NCBI GenBank assembly: GCA_902582695.1
Contig: CACHTH010000003.1
Span: forward strand, 16,273 to 80,272
Length of the DNA stretch: 64,000 bases
Direction: 5' to 3'
Origin: an uncultured Candidatus Actinomarina sp.
GTDB lineage: Bacteria > Actinomycetota > Acidimicrobiia > Actinomarinales > Actinomarinaceae
Part shown: in pieces, positions 30,695-39,300 of the stretch
How the letters are laid out: each line of letters starts with the position of its first letter
Numbering within the stretch: position 1 is the stretch's first letter
Translations under genes and position numbers: made by a program
The notes under the pieces: model-generated
What the model saw: only the letters and a program-made list of their open reading frames with translations
Told to the model about the DNA's origin: nothing
The model's database searches: none

Positions 30695-30728
30695 AAAAAA
30701 AAGAGTTCGGGAAACTGGACTCTTTTTT
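30695..30728. terminator. Bidirectional rho-independent terminator
   Basis: A-run-GAGTTCGG-GAAA-CTGGACTC-T-run. Confidence 0.8.
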
Positions 30729-30754
30729 GCATATACAGTAATTTAGGCTTATTA

Positions 30755-30892
30755 ATGTTAAACAAATTTTTACTATTCTTTGGTTTTTACTACAAGTATG
30801 ACAGACTCTGGGTCACAAAAAGATTAGAAAAAGTGTTTTGGTTATCATTAATTTATTTAGCATTAAGAAATTTTGTTCTAAACCAAATGTAA
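30755..30892 (+). CDS. Putative 45-aa microprotein
   Basis: MLNKFLLFFGFYYKYDRLWVTKRLEKVFWLSLIYLALRNFVLNQM; TAGGCT box 5 nt upstream. Confidence 0.4.
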   Translation: MLNKFLLFFGFYYKYDRLWVTKRLEKVFWLSLIYLALRNFVLNQM

Positions 30893-30901
30893 TATTAAAT
30901 A

Positions 30902-30982
30902 ATGGAACCAAAGAAAATACTACTTTTAAGTTTTGCTCTTCTCATACCATTATTTTTTGGTCTGTTATATTTGTTATATTAA
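30902..30982 (+). CDS. Putative 26-aa single-TM microprotein
   Basis: MEPKKILLLSFALLIPLFFGLLYLLY; TAATAT box 6 nt upstream. Confidence 0.35.
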   Translation: MEPKKILLLSFALLIPLFFGLLYLLY

Positions 30983-30984
30983 TT

Positions 30985-31887
30985 ATGGATAATAACGCAA
31001 ATCACATAGTGCCTCGAATTGGTCTAGGTACCTACAATATGAATTCTGAAGAAGCTGAAGAGATGACATATGCTGCTATTGATTACGGATACAGACATAT
31101 AGATACAGCTGCAGTTTACAGAAATGAAGATGGCGTAGGCAGAGCATTAAACAGAATATTTACTGATACAGATCTTAACCGAAGTGATATAACTATAACT
31201 ACAAAACTCTGGCCCGGTGGCTTGGTAAAAGTTGATAGGGTGAAAAATAATGAAGGTACTATCAAGTCACTAGAAAAAAGTCTAAGAAATCTTGACCTAG
31301 AATATGTAGATTTATATTTAATTCATTCTCCACATGCTAAAAGTAAAAGATTAGAACAGTGGGAAACATTATTATCTCAACAGGAAATGGGAAAAGTTAA
31401 AAATATTGGTGTATCTAACTGGGGCATTAATCATCTTGAGGAATTAATTGATAAAGGCTACCCACTTCCAGCTGCAAATCAGATTGAGCTACACCCTTGG
31501 TCCCAAAAGCCAGAACTTGTTACTTTTCTTCAAGAAAATAACATTGATATTATTGCATACAGCAGCCTTGTACCACTATCTACATGGCGTCATAAAGATG
31601 GAGAGAATAGTTTAAAAACTGACCAAATGTATAAAGATAGTGAAGATGCAGAATCACCATTTAAAAAACTAGCTATTAAATATAACGTCAGTGAAGCTCA
31701 AATATTACTTAAGTGGGCATTGCAATTAGGTTATGCAATTCTGCCAAAAAGTATACAAATTGATCGAATGAAAGATAATTTTGATTTAACTTTTACAATT
31801 GATCAGGGAGATATGCAGCTAATAGAAACTTTAGATCGAGGCGGTAGTGTTACTTGGGAGTACGGAGATCCTTTAGCCGTAAAATAG
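30985..31887 (+). CDS. Aldo/keto reductase
   Basis: IGLGTY, GYRHIDTAAVYRNE, ITTKLW, DLYLIHSP, IGVSNW, NQIELHP, LPKS; start moved to ATG 30985. Confidence 0.94.
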   Translation: MDNNANHIVPRIGLGTYNMNSEEAEEMTYAAIDYGYRHIDTAAVYRNEDGVGRALNRIFTDTDLNRSDITITTKLWPGGLVKVDRVKNNEGTIKSLEKSLRNLDLEYVDLYLIHSPHAKSKRLEQWETLLSQQEMGKVKNIGVSNWGINHLEELIDKGYPLPAANQIELHPWSQKPELVTFLQENNIDIIAYSSLVPLSTWRHKDGENSLKTDQMYKDSEDAESPFKKLAIKYNVSEAQILLKWALQLGYAILPKSIQIDRMKDNFDLTFTIDQGDMQLIETLDRGGSVTWEYGDPLAVK

Positions 31888-31889
31888 AT

Positions 31890-32138
31890 TTATAAAATTT
31901 TAAAGTATTTCAACACTCTAAAAGCAAAAACCACAATCAGTAAGAAAGCTACGAATGCGGAAATTATTTGAACTACAGTTATGTCTGGCGGTAAGAGTAC
32001 AAATGCATAAGGAATAGCAAATACACTAATTAGGATAAATTGAATAATGATTGAATTTGGCTTCTTCTCGTCTGAATCTACAGATCGACCAAATAAACCT
32101 TGAATATATTTAGCTAATACGTTTATCAAGTGTCCCAT
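31890..32138 (-). CDS. Hypothetical membrane protein
   Basis: Two TM segments; AAGGA RBS. Confidence 0.5.
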   Translation of the reverse strand: MGHLINVLAKYIQGLFGRSVDSDEKKPNSIIIQFILISVFAIPYAFVLLPPDITVVQIISAFVAFLLIVVFAFRVLKYFKIL

Positions 32139-32268
32139 TACAGTTCCTTTTAAAATAACAAATAATTACTTATTAGATTAAATTTTAAATCACAAAAGAT
32201 AAAAATTGGTGATTATTAATAAATAAGAATAAACAATAAAGTTAGATTATGAACTTTAAATTTTCGCA

Positions 32269-32469
32269 ATGATTTACGTACTTATAATTACAGCATTAAT
32301 AATTGTTTACTTTACAAACGGTATATCAAAAATACAGAACAAAGAATATATAAACAGTTTTGAAAATTTCATCTTAAACAATTACAAAGTAATTTTTGGC
32401 ACGATTTTTTTGATATTTTTTATTGCATTTTGGAGATACAGTTGCTTCTTTATTAATTTTAATTGCTAA
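32269..32469 (+). CDS. Hypothetical membrane protein
   Basis: Two hydrophobic segments. Confidence 0.4.
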   Translation: MIYVLIITALIIVYFTNGISKIQNKEYINSFENFILNNYKVIFGTIFLIFFIAFWRYSCFFINFNC

Positions 32470-32491
32470 AAATACATTTATACTTATTTAA

Positions 32492-33322
32492 ATGAAACGC
32501 ATCTACACCTTTGGTCACGAACAGGTAGAAAGAAATATAACTGTTGGTGACATATTAGAAAATAAAAAAAATAATAAAAAAATGACTCAAGTTACAGCTG
32601 CTAATCAAGAAGAAGCTGAAATAATTGCAAACCAAGACGTAGATATGATTATTACGGGAAGTGACTGGTATCAAGATGTTAGAAATGGTGCTCCAAACAC
32701 ATTTATCACAGCGGCTCTTTTTGCTGGAAGATTTATTACAAATGAAGAAATACTTCGTGGCGCATTTGATGTAATGATGGCAGGAGCTGATTCAGTACTC
32801 ACACCAAGAAGCTTTGATGTTGTAGAGATGTTGGCAAAAGAAGGCATGCAAGTACAAGGTCATGTTGGAATGGTTCCTTCAATGGCAACAAAATATGGTG
32901 GCATTAGAACTGTCGGTAAAACTGCAGATGAAGCTATAGAGATACTTAAAGATATGAAAAGACTCGAAGATGCTGGAGCATTTGGTGCAGAAGTAGAGTG
33001 TGTAGCCGAAGATGCATTAAATGAAATTAAAAAACATACATCCCTTGTTATAAACTCACTTGGCTCTGGTTCAGGTGGAGATGTTATGTTTTTATTCTTT
33101 GAGGATATTTGTGGCGAAACAGCTGGAATTAAAATGCCACGGCATGCAAAATCATGGGGTGATGGTCAAAAAATAAAAGATAAATTAAATGAAGAAAGAT
33201 CAAAAGCCATAAAAGGTTTTAAAGATGATGTGGATTCAGGAAAATTTCCAAATAACAATCATACAGTCGACATGCTTCCTGGAGAAAAAGATGTTCTACT
33301 TGAGAAATTAGATAGTTTATAA
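32492..33322 (+). CDS. Divergent ketopantoate hydroxymethyltransferase (PanB-like)
   Basis: GHVGMVP, GKTADEA, LEDAGAF..EVECV, SLGSG..GD, F..DV.SG.FP; lacks canonical GDS motif. Confidence 0.75.
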   Translation: MKRIYTFGHEQVERNITVGDILENKKNNKKMTQVTAANQEEAEIIANQDVDMIITGSDWYQDVRNGAPNTFITAALFAGRFITNEEILRGAFDVMMAGADSVLTPRSFDVVEMLAKEGMQVQGHVGMVPSMATKYGGIRTVGKTADEAIEILKDMKRLEDAGAFGAEVECVAEDALNEIKKHTSLVINSLGSGSGGDVMFLFFEDICGETAGIKMPRHAKSWGDGQKIKDKLNEERSKAIKGFKDDVDSGKFPNNNHTVDMLPGEKDVLLEKLDSL

Positions 33323-33469
33323 ATGAAAAATTGGCAGAAGCTTGCAGTAGGTGTAGGAATCATTGGTATAGGATACAACTTTATAATCAGATATGACTCA
33401 CTACCCTATTATCAATTAATTGCTATTGGAGTCGGTTTATATTTTATCTTTAGAAAGTTTAGGAACTAG
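33323..33469 (+). CDS. Putative 48-aa two-TM microprotein
   Basis: MKNWQKLAVGVGIIGIGYNFIIRYDSLPYYQLIAIGVGLYFIFRKFRN; starts right after panB-like stop. Confidence 0.5.
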   Translation: MKNWQKLAVGVGIIGIGYNFIIRYDSLPYYQLIAIGVGLYFIFRKFRN

Positions 33470-34315
33470 TACAGGAGTATTCCTTTTATAGCGTTGATAC
33501 TCTTCTAAATGTCCATACCTCTCATCAGCAATTCGTTCAAGTAAATTTACACCACTCATACGGGTTAATAAAATGTACACAAATACTGGTGATATAAGTG
33601 TTATGTATTCAATGCCAGTTAAGGTATTTAAAGCAATAACAGCAATACCAGTCCAAAGTGTTATCTCGCCAAAATAATTAGGATGCCTTGACCTTGCCCA
33701 AAGACCTGTATGAATAAAGGCTTCACTAGGATTGTTTTCTTTTCTAAATACGCGTTTCTGATAGTCAGATATAGATTCAATAGCAAAACCAGAGAGCCAC
33801 AGTGCCATACCAACCATTGCTAACACTGGTAGTGTGTCTTCTTCAGGAGATAAGATTGCAATAATTGCTGCGCATGCAGTTAGCGATACCCAGAGTGCTT
33901 GTCCCATCCAGTATTGTAAAAACCAGAAAAAATGCCTTTTTGCTTTTTCAAACCGTACGTCTTTGCCATCATTTCTAACTCGTCTAAATAAATATATCCC
34001 TAGTCTTAAAGCCCAGACCATGACGTAAAAATATATTATTGAATCAATCATAGTTTTATTTTCTACAGCAAAATATGCAAGTGAAACAGTTGTAACATAA
34101 GTCAAGCTTCCTACTAAGTCGTAATATTTCTCAGTTTTTAATAGAAAGGAAGGAATAAAAAAGATTATCTGAAGTAATACTGCAACAATCAAAATAAACG
34201 TAAAAGCATTCATCCCTCTTATATCAATATCAATATTTTGACCTGCAATATTTATTAAACCAATACAAATGAGAAAAGCTGTAATTGCAAAAATATTTTT
34301 AACCTGTCTACTCAT
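33437..34315 (-). CDS. DUF1295 / steroid 5-alpha-reductase family membrane protein
   Basis: TEKYYDL.GS, WALRLG.YLF.R...GKD.RF, GLWA.SRHPNYFGE; start at ATG 34315. Confidence 0.92.
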   Translation of the reverse strand: MSRQVKNIFAITAFLICIGLINIAGQNIDIDIRGMNAFTFILIVAVLLQIIFFIPSFLLKTEKYYDLVGSLTYVTTVSLAYFAVENKTMIDSIIYFYVMVWALRLGIYLFRRVRNDGKDVRFEKAKRHFFWFLQYWMGQALWVSLTACAAIIAILSPEEDTLPVLAMVGMALWLSGFAIESISDYQKRVFRKENNPSEAFIHTGLWARSRHPNYFGEITLWTGIAVIALNTLTGIEYITLISPVFVYILLTRMSGVNLLERIADERYGHLEEYQRYKRNTPVLVPKLSKDKI

Positions 34316-34388
34316 ATCCAAAGTATATACGTCTATTTAGATTTACTTCTTAAACTACTTACGACTTAATAATATTAATGTATATGCT

Positions 34389-34880
34389 ATGGAAGATAAT
34401 TACTACGCCTCTGATGACAAACGTAAACTGTACATTAATTACTTTGATGCGTTGTATTTATTAAATATTGTTTTTAAAGAAAATAAGAAGTATGAATTTA
34501 TAGACACTTCTCATATAGAGTCCATCTGGAATTCTACTGAGTATAAATATCATAAATTCTGTGTTATCAAAGCATTTAAATATGACTTGGGTGGTTATGA
34601 AGTACAAATAGGTGATGAGTACAAAGGTGTTTGTGATGCATTAATTCCTAAAGACAATACAGAAATTACGTACAACCCTCTCTCCTTTGAAGAACATCCC
34701 GATTTTAAAAAATCTTACTGGAAGAGAAGAGACAAGGCTCTCAACTCATTTACAGATGGTGATGAAAATTTAAACGAACATTACTATATTGCAGGTTTTG
34801 CTGAAAAATTTGATTATGAACACCAAAAAATACTGGGCTTAAATACTCCCTACGTAAACTTTGTAATAAACAAAAACTAG
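34389..34880 (+). CDS. Hypothetical protein
   Basis: 163-aa ORF, no recognised motif. Confidence 0.5.
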   Translation: MEDNYYASDDKRKLYINYFDALYLLNIVFKENKKYEFIDTSHIESIWNSTEYKYHKFCVIKAFKYDLGGYEVQIGDEYKGVCDALIPKDNTEITYNPLSFEEHPDFKKSYWKRRDKALNSFTDGDENLNEHYYIAGFAEKFDYEHQKILGLNTPYVNFVINKN

Positions 34881-36886
34881 TCGCTATATTGTCCAGAAGA
34901 GTTGAGTTTAAAAATAAGTGCATCAACGTGTAGACGAGTTCCAGGCATGGTAATATTAACCCCAGTAGTCAATTCTATATTCTGCTGAAATATTCCAGCA
35001 GTATATATATTTCCAGAAGAATCAACCGCTATACCATAACCTACATCAAAAGAAGGAGAGGAACCAGCTATACCACCAGCTGTATACACCCATTGAAATG
35101 TACCAGAAGAGTCAAGTTTTAATACAAAAATATCATCTACTGCATTTGCAGTAACACTTTCAGAACCAAAATTTATTGTGCCAGCAAATCGACCGGTGGT
35201 ATATGAGTTCCCAGATGAATCAATAGCAATATCATATCCAATGTCTGTAAAGCTATTGCCAACTGAGTATGCCCATTGAGATACACCTGCTGAGTTAAGC
35301 TTTAAAACAAAATAATCACTACCACCATTACCACCCGCAGTAATTCCGCCTAAATTTGTATTCTCACAACCCAATTTCCCTGTTATGTATGAGTTCCCAG
35401 ATGAATCAACGGCAATACCATATCCAATTTCAGTGCTGCACTTACCATATTTATTAGCCCATTGGGGAACACCTTCCGAGTTGAGTTTTAAGACAAAAAT
35501 ACCTCCAGAATTATCAGAATCTGTATAAAAATTATGTGTTACACCAAAATCAACACCAACTTTAACGTACCCTGTAATATAACTGTTGTTGTTTGAGTCA
35601 GTGTCGATTGATAACCCTTCATCATCATTATTGCTACCAGCTGTGTATACCCATTGATAAGCACCTGCTGAGTTAAGCTTTAAAACAAAGAAATCAAACT
35701 CACCTTCTGACGAAACAGTACCTCCACCAAAATCAATAGTTTGAGAAAATATTCCAGTGAGTAAGATATTTCCATCTGTGTCTACAGCTATGCCTTTTCC
35801 GTTGTCATTGCCAGCTCCACCAGCCGTATACACCCATTGAAATGCACCTGAAGAGTCAAGTTTTAATACAAAAATATCAGATCCACCTGAAGCAGTTATA
35901 TCGCCATTACCAAAATCTACAGTGCCTTGAAAGTATCCTGTAATATATACATTTGAGGATGAGTCTATATCTATATCTAAGCCTCTATCAGCTAAATTAG
36001 AAGTACTACCATAGGTTTGCACCCATACAAAAGCACCTGTAGAGTCAACCTTTAGCACGTAGATGTCTCGATGACCTCCAGATGTAATATTTCCTCCACC
36101 GAAATCTACTGTATCTCTGAAGTGACCAGTTATGTAGGTATTTCCAACTGAATCAACTACTACATCTTGAGCATCGTCATCACCACCACCACCAAAATAA
36201 ACAACAAAACTCTGACTGCTTATTTGTGAAGAGCTACTTGATTGTGAAGAGCTACTTGATTGTGATGAATAGTCTGTTGAAGTGCACGGATCTGTTTGTG
36301 GAATGGTAAAAGCTGGGCTCTGTGAAGAGTTACCAGCTTCATCAAAAGCTATGACATATATAAGTTGATCTGCACAGGTCATATCATATTTTGGGGTAAC
36401 AAGAAGTGTAGAATCAGATATCGTTGTATACGTAGATAAGGCACCATTCACAAACACTTCGTAAGAGACAATACCTACATTATCAGTAACGGCAGGCATA
36501 TTAAGATTGAATAACGAACCTATCTCTGAAGCATATGGAGGTTGTTCTTCATCCCAAACTGGAGCAAGTGTATCTATAGTTGGAGAATTTGTTTCTTCTA
36601 TTTGTTTCGATGTAGTTTCAGGTGTTTGATGTGCAGCTTCACCAAGAAGAAGTTTAGTAAAAGTCTGCTCTCCAACCATTCCATCAACAATTAATCCATA
36701 TTTTTCTTGGAATAGCTTAATTGCAGATTGAGAGGTTTTGTCATTTACTCCATTAGCTACTTCTAAATATCCAAGTTCTATTAATTTCTCTTGTATATAC
36801 GTGGTGAAGGGATCCTCTTCATGAGGGTGTGACAATTGAGTAAAAGGCAAAATTGAAATTAAGGTAGATATGATTACTTTTCCCAC
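34877..36886 (-). CDS. Surface protein: PG-binding domain, FN3-like domain, Ser linker, SBBP beta-propeller repeats
   Basis: FQEKYGLIVDGMVGEQT; TDNVGIVSYEV...AFDEAGNSS; repeated IAVDSSGN.YITG.F...DIFVLKL.SSG..QW. Confidence 0.85.
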   Translation of the reverse strand: MGKVIISTLISILPFTQLSHPHEEDPFTTYIQEKLIELGYLEVANGVNDKTSQSAIKLFQEKYGLIVDGMVGEQTFTKLLLGEAAHQTPETTSKQIEETNSPTIDTLAPVWDEEQPPYASEIGSLFNLNMPAVTDNVGIVSYEVFVNGALSTYTTISDSTLLVTPKYDMTCADQLIYVIAFDEAGNSSQSPAFTIPQTDPCTSTDYSSQSSSSSQSSSSSQISSQSFVVYFGGGGDDDAQDVVVDSVGNTYITGHFRDTVDFGGGNITSGGHRDIYVLKVDSTGAFVWVQTYGSTSNLADRGLDIDIDSSSNVYITGYFQGTVDFGNGDITASGGSDIFVLKLDSSGAFQWVYTAGGAGNDNGKGIAVDTDGNILLTGIFSQTIDFGGGTVSSEGEFDFFVLKLNSAGAYQWVYTAGSNNDDEGLSIDTDSNNNSYITGYVKVGVDFGVTHNFYTDSDNSGGIFVLKLNSEGVPQWANKYGKCSTEIGYGIAVDSSGNSYITGKLGCENTNLGGITAGGNGGSDYFVLKLNSAGVSQWAYSVGNSFTDIGYDIAIDSSGNSYTTGRFAGTINFGSESVTANAVDDIFVLKLDSSGTFQWVYTAGGIAGSSPSFDVGYGIAVDSSGNIYTAGIFQQNIELTTGVNITMPGTRLHVDALIFKLNSSGQYSD
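36224..36265. repeat. 18-bp tandem repeat encoding SQSSSS linker
   Basis: TTGTGAAGAGCTACTTGA twice plus partial third copy. Confidence 0.85.
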
Positions 36887-36944
36887 AGATAAATTTTAAA
36901 TTAGAACAGATTCTAAGAAAAATGAAAACCAATATAAAACTCTG

Positions 36945-37018
36945 TGGGAGATACAAGATTTGAACTTGTGACCCCTTGCGTGTCGAGCAAGTGCTCTGCC
37001 GGACTGAGCTAATCTCCC
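36945..37018 (-). tRNA. tRNA-Val(GAC)
   Basis: GGGAGATTAGCTCAG...CTTGC-TCGACAC-GCAAG...GTTCAAATC...ATCTCCCA; CCA not encoded. Confidence 0.95.
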
Positions 37019-37060
37019 GTATTTAGAAATATAGCATCATTTATATTTTTTATAAATTGA

Positions 37061-37264
37061 TTATTTCTCTACAGTTATAATTCTTTTGCCGAACCTTAGA
37101 AATAACCTCTCAACAATTTCAATAAGGAGATTTAACACCCAAAGTCCTAAATATATAGCTAAAATTATTTGTATAAACTGCCACAAAACAAACACAATAA
37201 TCCCGTATACAAAAATCCATGTAATTGTAAATTTTAAGGAATATATAGGAGATTGACTATTCAT
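37061..37264 (-). CDS. Hypothetical membrane protein
   Basis: Hydrophobic 67 aa, coupled to SRAP gene. Confidence 0.5.
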   Translation of the reverse strand: MNSQSPIYSLKFTITWIFVYGIIVFVLWQFIQIILAIYLGLWVLNLLIEIVERLFLRFGKRIITVEK

Positions 37265-37908
37265 TAAAACGGAACCTCTTCATATTTTCGTATAAGTGAA
37301 TCGTTGTTGTTTCTTGGATTATTCACTGCTCTGTCCACTTTATGAAATTCTATATCATCATATGTGTAATCTAAAATCTCAGAATAAATCTCTTCACTAG
37401 ATAAATCAGACAACCATATGTCTCTTTGTTCACTAGTAAGTAGTAACGGGGATCTATTATGTATTACTTGCAACGAATCTACAGCTTCTCTTGTGATAAT
37501 AGAGGTTTCAATATCGCCACTACTTCTGTTCCAATAAAGACCAGCAGCAAACAATAAGCTTTCAGAAGTATCGAAAAAATAATATGGTTGTTTGATGCCA
37601 TCTTCTTCTTTCCATTCATACCATCCAGAGATTGGAATTAAACATCTTGAGTTTTTAAATGCAGAAGTAAATGTTTTTTTCTCGAGCAATGACTCATACC
37701 TTGTATTAAATAAAGGCCTCGGATTTGATTGACTCTTCAACCAGTCTGGAAAATATCCCCAGTTAGCAATTACTAAATTGTTATCAATTATGCACGGTGC
37801 CTGAGCCTGTGGTGCAACGTTGAAATTTTGTTCATATTCAATTTCAGAAAAATTATTTACAAAGGAAAGTTCATCTTTTGCAATATCAATATAGTATCTT
37901 CCACACAT
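37264..37908 (-). CDS. SOS response-associated peptidase (SRAP, YedK/HMCES family)
   Basis: MCGRY, FNVAP, FNTRYE, RCLIP..GWYEW, IHNRSP, VNN.RNN. Confidence 0.93.
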   Translation of the reverse strand: MCGRYYIDIAKDELSFVNNFSEIEYEQNFNVAPQAQAPCIIDNNLVIANWGYFPDWLKSQSNPRPLFNTRYESLLEKKTFTSAFKNSRCLIPISGWYEWKEEDGIKQPYYFFDTSESLLFAAGLYWNRSSGDIETSIITREAVDSLQVIHNRSPLLLTSEQRDIWLSDLSSEEIYSEILDYTYDDIEFHKVDRAVNNPRNNNDSLIRKYEEVPF

Positions 37909-37912
37909 GTAT

Positions 37913-38584
37913 TTATTGTAATAATGATACGTCTATTGTGTCACCATCAGAGAAAGTGTGATGTTCTTTCTTGTATATGATGTGAACATTTTGTTTTCCC
38001 AGAACACTAAGTTGATCACCGTCTTTAATAAAGTATGTATCTTTTTCTAAACATAGTAATTTATACTTGCCTCTGTTTAAAACCTTTACAGTATTTGAAA
38101 TCCATGAATAAAAACTCTCGCCATAGTGAGGAATAACAATTGTGTTAGGTAAATAATTTAAACCTATCCCTTTAATCATTTTCTCTCCCATAATCATGGC
38201 ACCAGCACTACACCCTGCAATAATCCCCCTCTTTTCTACATCATGTAGCTCAGTAGAGAAGTCTGAATCATGTATAGAGTCATATAAGTGGTTTGGTGAA
38301 CCTCCAGAAAAAAATACAAAATTTGATTTTTTCATCTCTTCAATGACTAAATCTTGATTTAAATCTTCTCTATTCCTTGCGTCTATATGCGTATGCCTAA
38401 CATTTAAATTCTTGAAATGCTCTATTGCAAGATTTTCCCAGTAAGAAAGTCTTTCATCAGATTCTTTACCGGCAGCTGTAGAAAATGTGAGTACATGTGG
38501 AATATCATCTAAGTAATTTATTAGTTTTCTATCAACATCAAGAATAGATGGTAAAAACTCTCCTGAACCTGTAATAGCAATCAT
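37913..38584 (-). CDS. Peptidase S51 family (peptidase E/cyanophycinase-like)
   Basis: GSGEF, FFSGGSP, GCSAGAM nucleophile, IPHY; true start ATG 38584 (longer ORF runs through tRNAs). Confidence 0.8.
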   Translation of the reverse strand: MIAITGSGEFLPSILDVDRKLINYLDDIPHVLTFSTAAGKESDERLSYWENLAIEHFKNLNVRHTHIDARNREDLNQDLVIEEMKKSNFVFFSGGSPNHLYDSIHDSDFSTELHDVEKRGIIAGCSAGAMIMGEKMIKGIGLNYLPNTIVIPHYGESFYSWISNTVKVLNRGKYKLLCLEKDTYFIKDGDQLSVLGKQNVHIIYKKEHHTFSDGDTIDVSLLQ

Positions 38585-38590
38585 AGTTAT

Positions 38591-38664
38591 TGGAGGCGAC
38601 GACCGGAATCGAACCGGTGTACAAGGTTTTGCAGACCTCTGCGTAGCCACTCCGCCACGTCGCC
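38591..38664 (-). tRNA. tRNA-Cys(GCA)
   Basis: GGCGACGTGGCGGAGTGG...GAGGT-CTGCAAA-ACCTT...GGTTCGATTCC...CGCCTCCA. Confidence 0.96.
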
Positions 38665-38670
38665 ATGTAG

Positions 38671-38743
38671 AGCGGAAGACGGGATTTGAACCCGCGGCCT
38701 CCACCTTGGCAAGGTGGCGCTCTGCCAGCTGAGCTACTTCCGC
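38671..38743 (-). tRNA. tRNA-Gly(GCC)
   Basis: GCGGAAGTAGCTCAG...CCACC-TTGCCAA-GGTGG...GGTTCAAATCCCGTCTTCCGCT. Confidence 0.96.
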
Positions 38744-38780
38744 GTAACTTTTATATTAATAATAGATTTAAATAATAAAA

Positions 38781-39224
38781 TTAATTTTTTCCTGTTGAAC
38801 CAAATCCACCTGATGATCTATCAGAGATATCAAGATCTTCAACTTTTTCAAATGAAATACTGCCTGTAGTAATAGTTACTAGTTGTGCAACTCTTTCATT
38901 TTGTGAAACTGTATACACTTCATCTGAATAATTCATTAATGGCACCATTAGCTCACCTGTATATCCTGGATCAATGAGACCTGGAGCATTAATTGGGGCA
39001 ACAAGGTTCTTACTAGCTAATCCTGATCTTGGTAAAACAAATCCTCCAACATTTTTTGGTAATTGAATTGCTATACCTAAATTTACAAGTACAACTTTCT
39101 GGGGTTCAATAATATACTCTCCGTCTGAATAGAGGTCATAGCCGATATCATCTTCATGACTTTTGCTTGGTATTTTGGCAAATTCATTAAGAATTTTTAT
39201 TTTTATATTAAAATTATTTTGCAG
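38781..39224 (-). CDS. dut: dUTP diphosphatase (not in ORF track; probable CTG start)
   Basis: DIGYDL, PRSGLA, NAPGLIDPGYTGEL, RVAQLV, DRSSGGFGSTG: all five dUTPase motifs in one frame. Confidence 0.93.
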   Translation of the reverse strand: MQNNFNIKIKILNEFAKIPSKSHEDDIGYDLYSDGEYIIEPQKVVLVNLGIAIQLPKNVGGFVLPRSGLASKNLVAPINAPGLIDPGYTGELMVPLMNYSDEVYTVSQNERVAQLVTITTGSISFEKVEDLDISDRSSGGFGSTGKN

Positions 39225-39300
39225 TGGTACCCTTTCAATGATGAATATTAGAGATTATTTCTTAATAAATAAAACTAAAAAAGTTAATAAAATAAAAATT

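Noticed and set aside
30838-30984. N-terminal extension of the aldo/keto reductase
   Set aside because: Family similarity begins at ATG 30985; the region holds other short ORFs
34877-36300. CRISPR array or DGR template/variable repeats
   Set aside because: Repeats are in-frame protein blade repeats; no spacers, cas genes or reverse transcriptase in the window
23820-37018. Prophage or integrative element at tRNA-Val
   Set aside because: No integrase, phage structural genes or att repeat visible
38585-38704. N-terminal extension of the 37913-38704 ORF
   Set aside because: It is translation through tRNA-Cys and tRNA-Gly
39163-39237. ORF-track start for the 381-aa protein
   Set aside because: Overlaps the dut 5' end on the opposite strand
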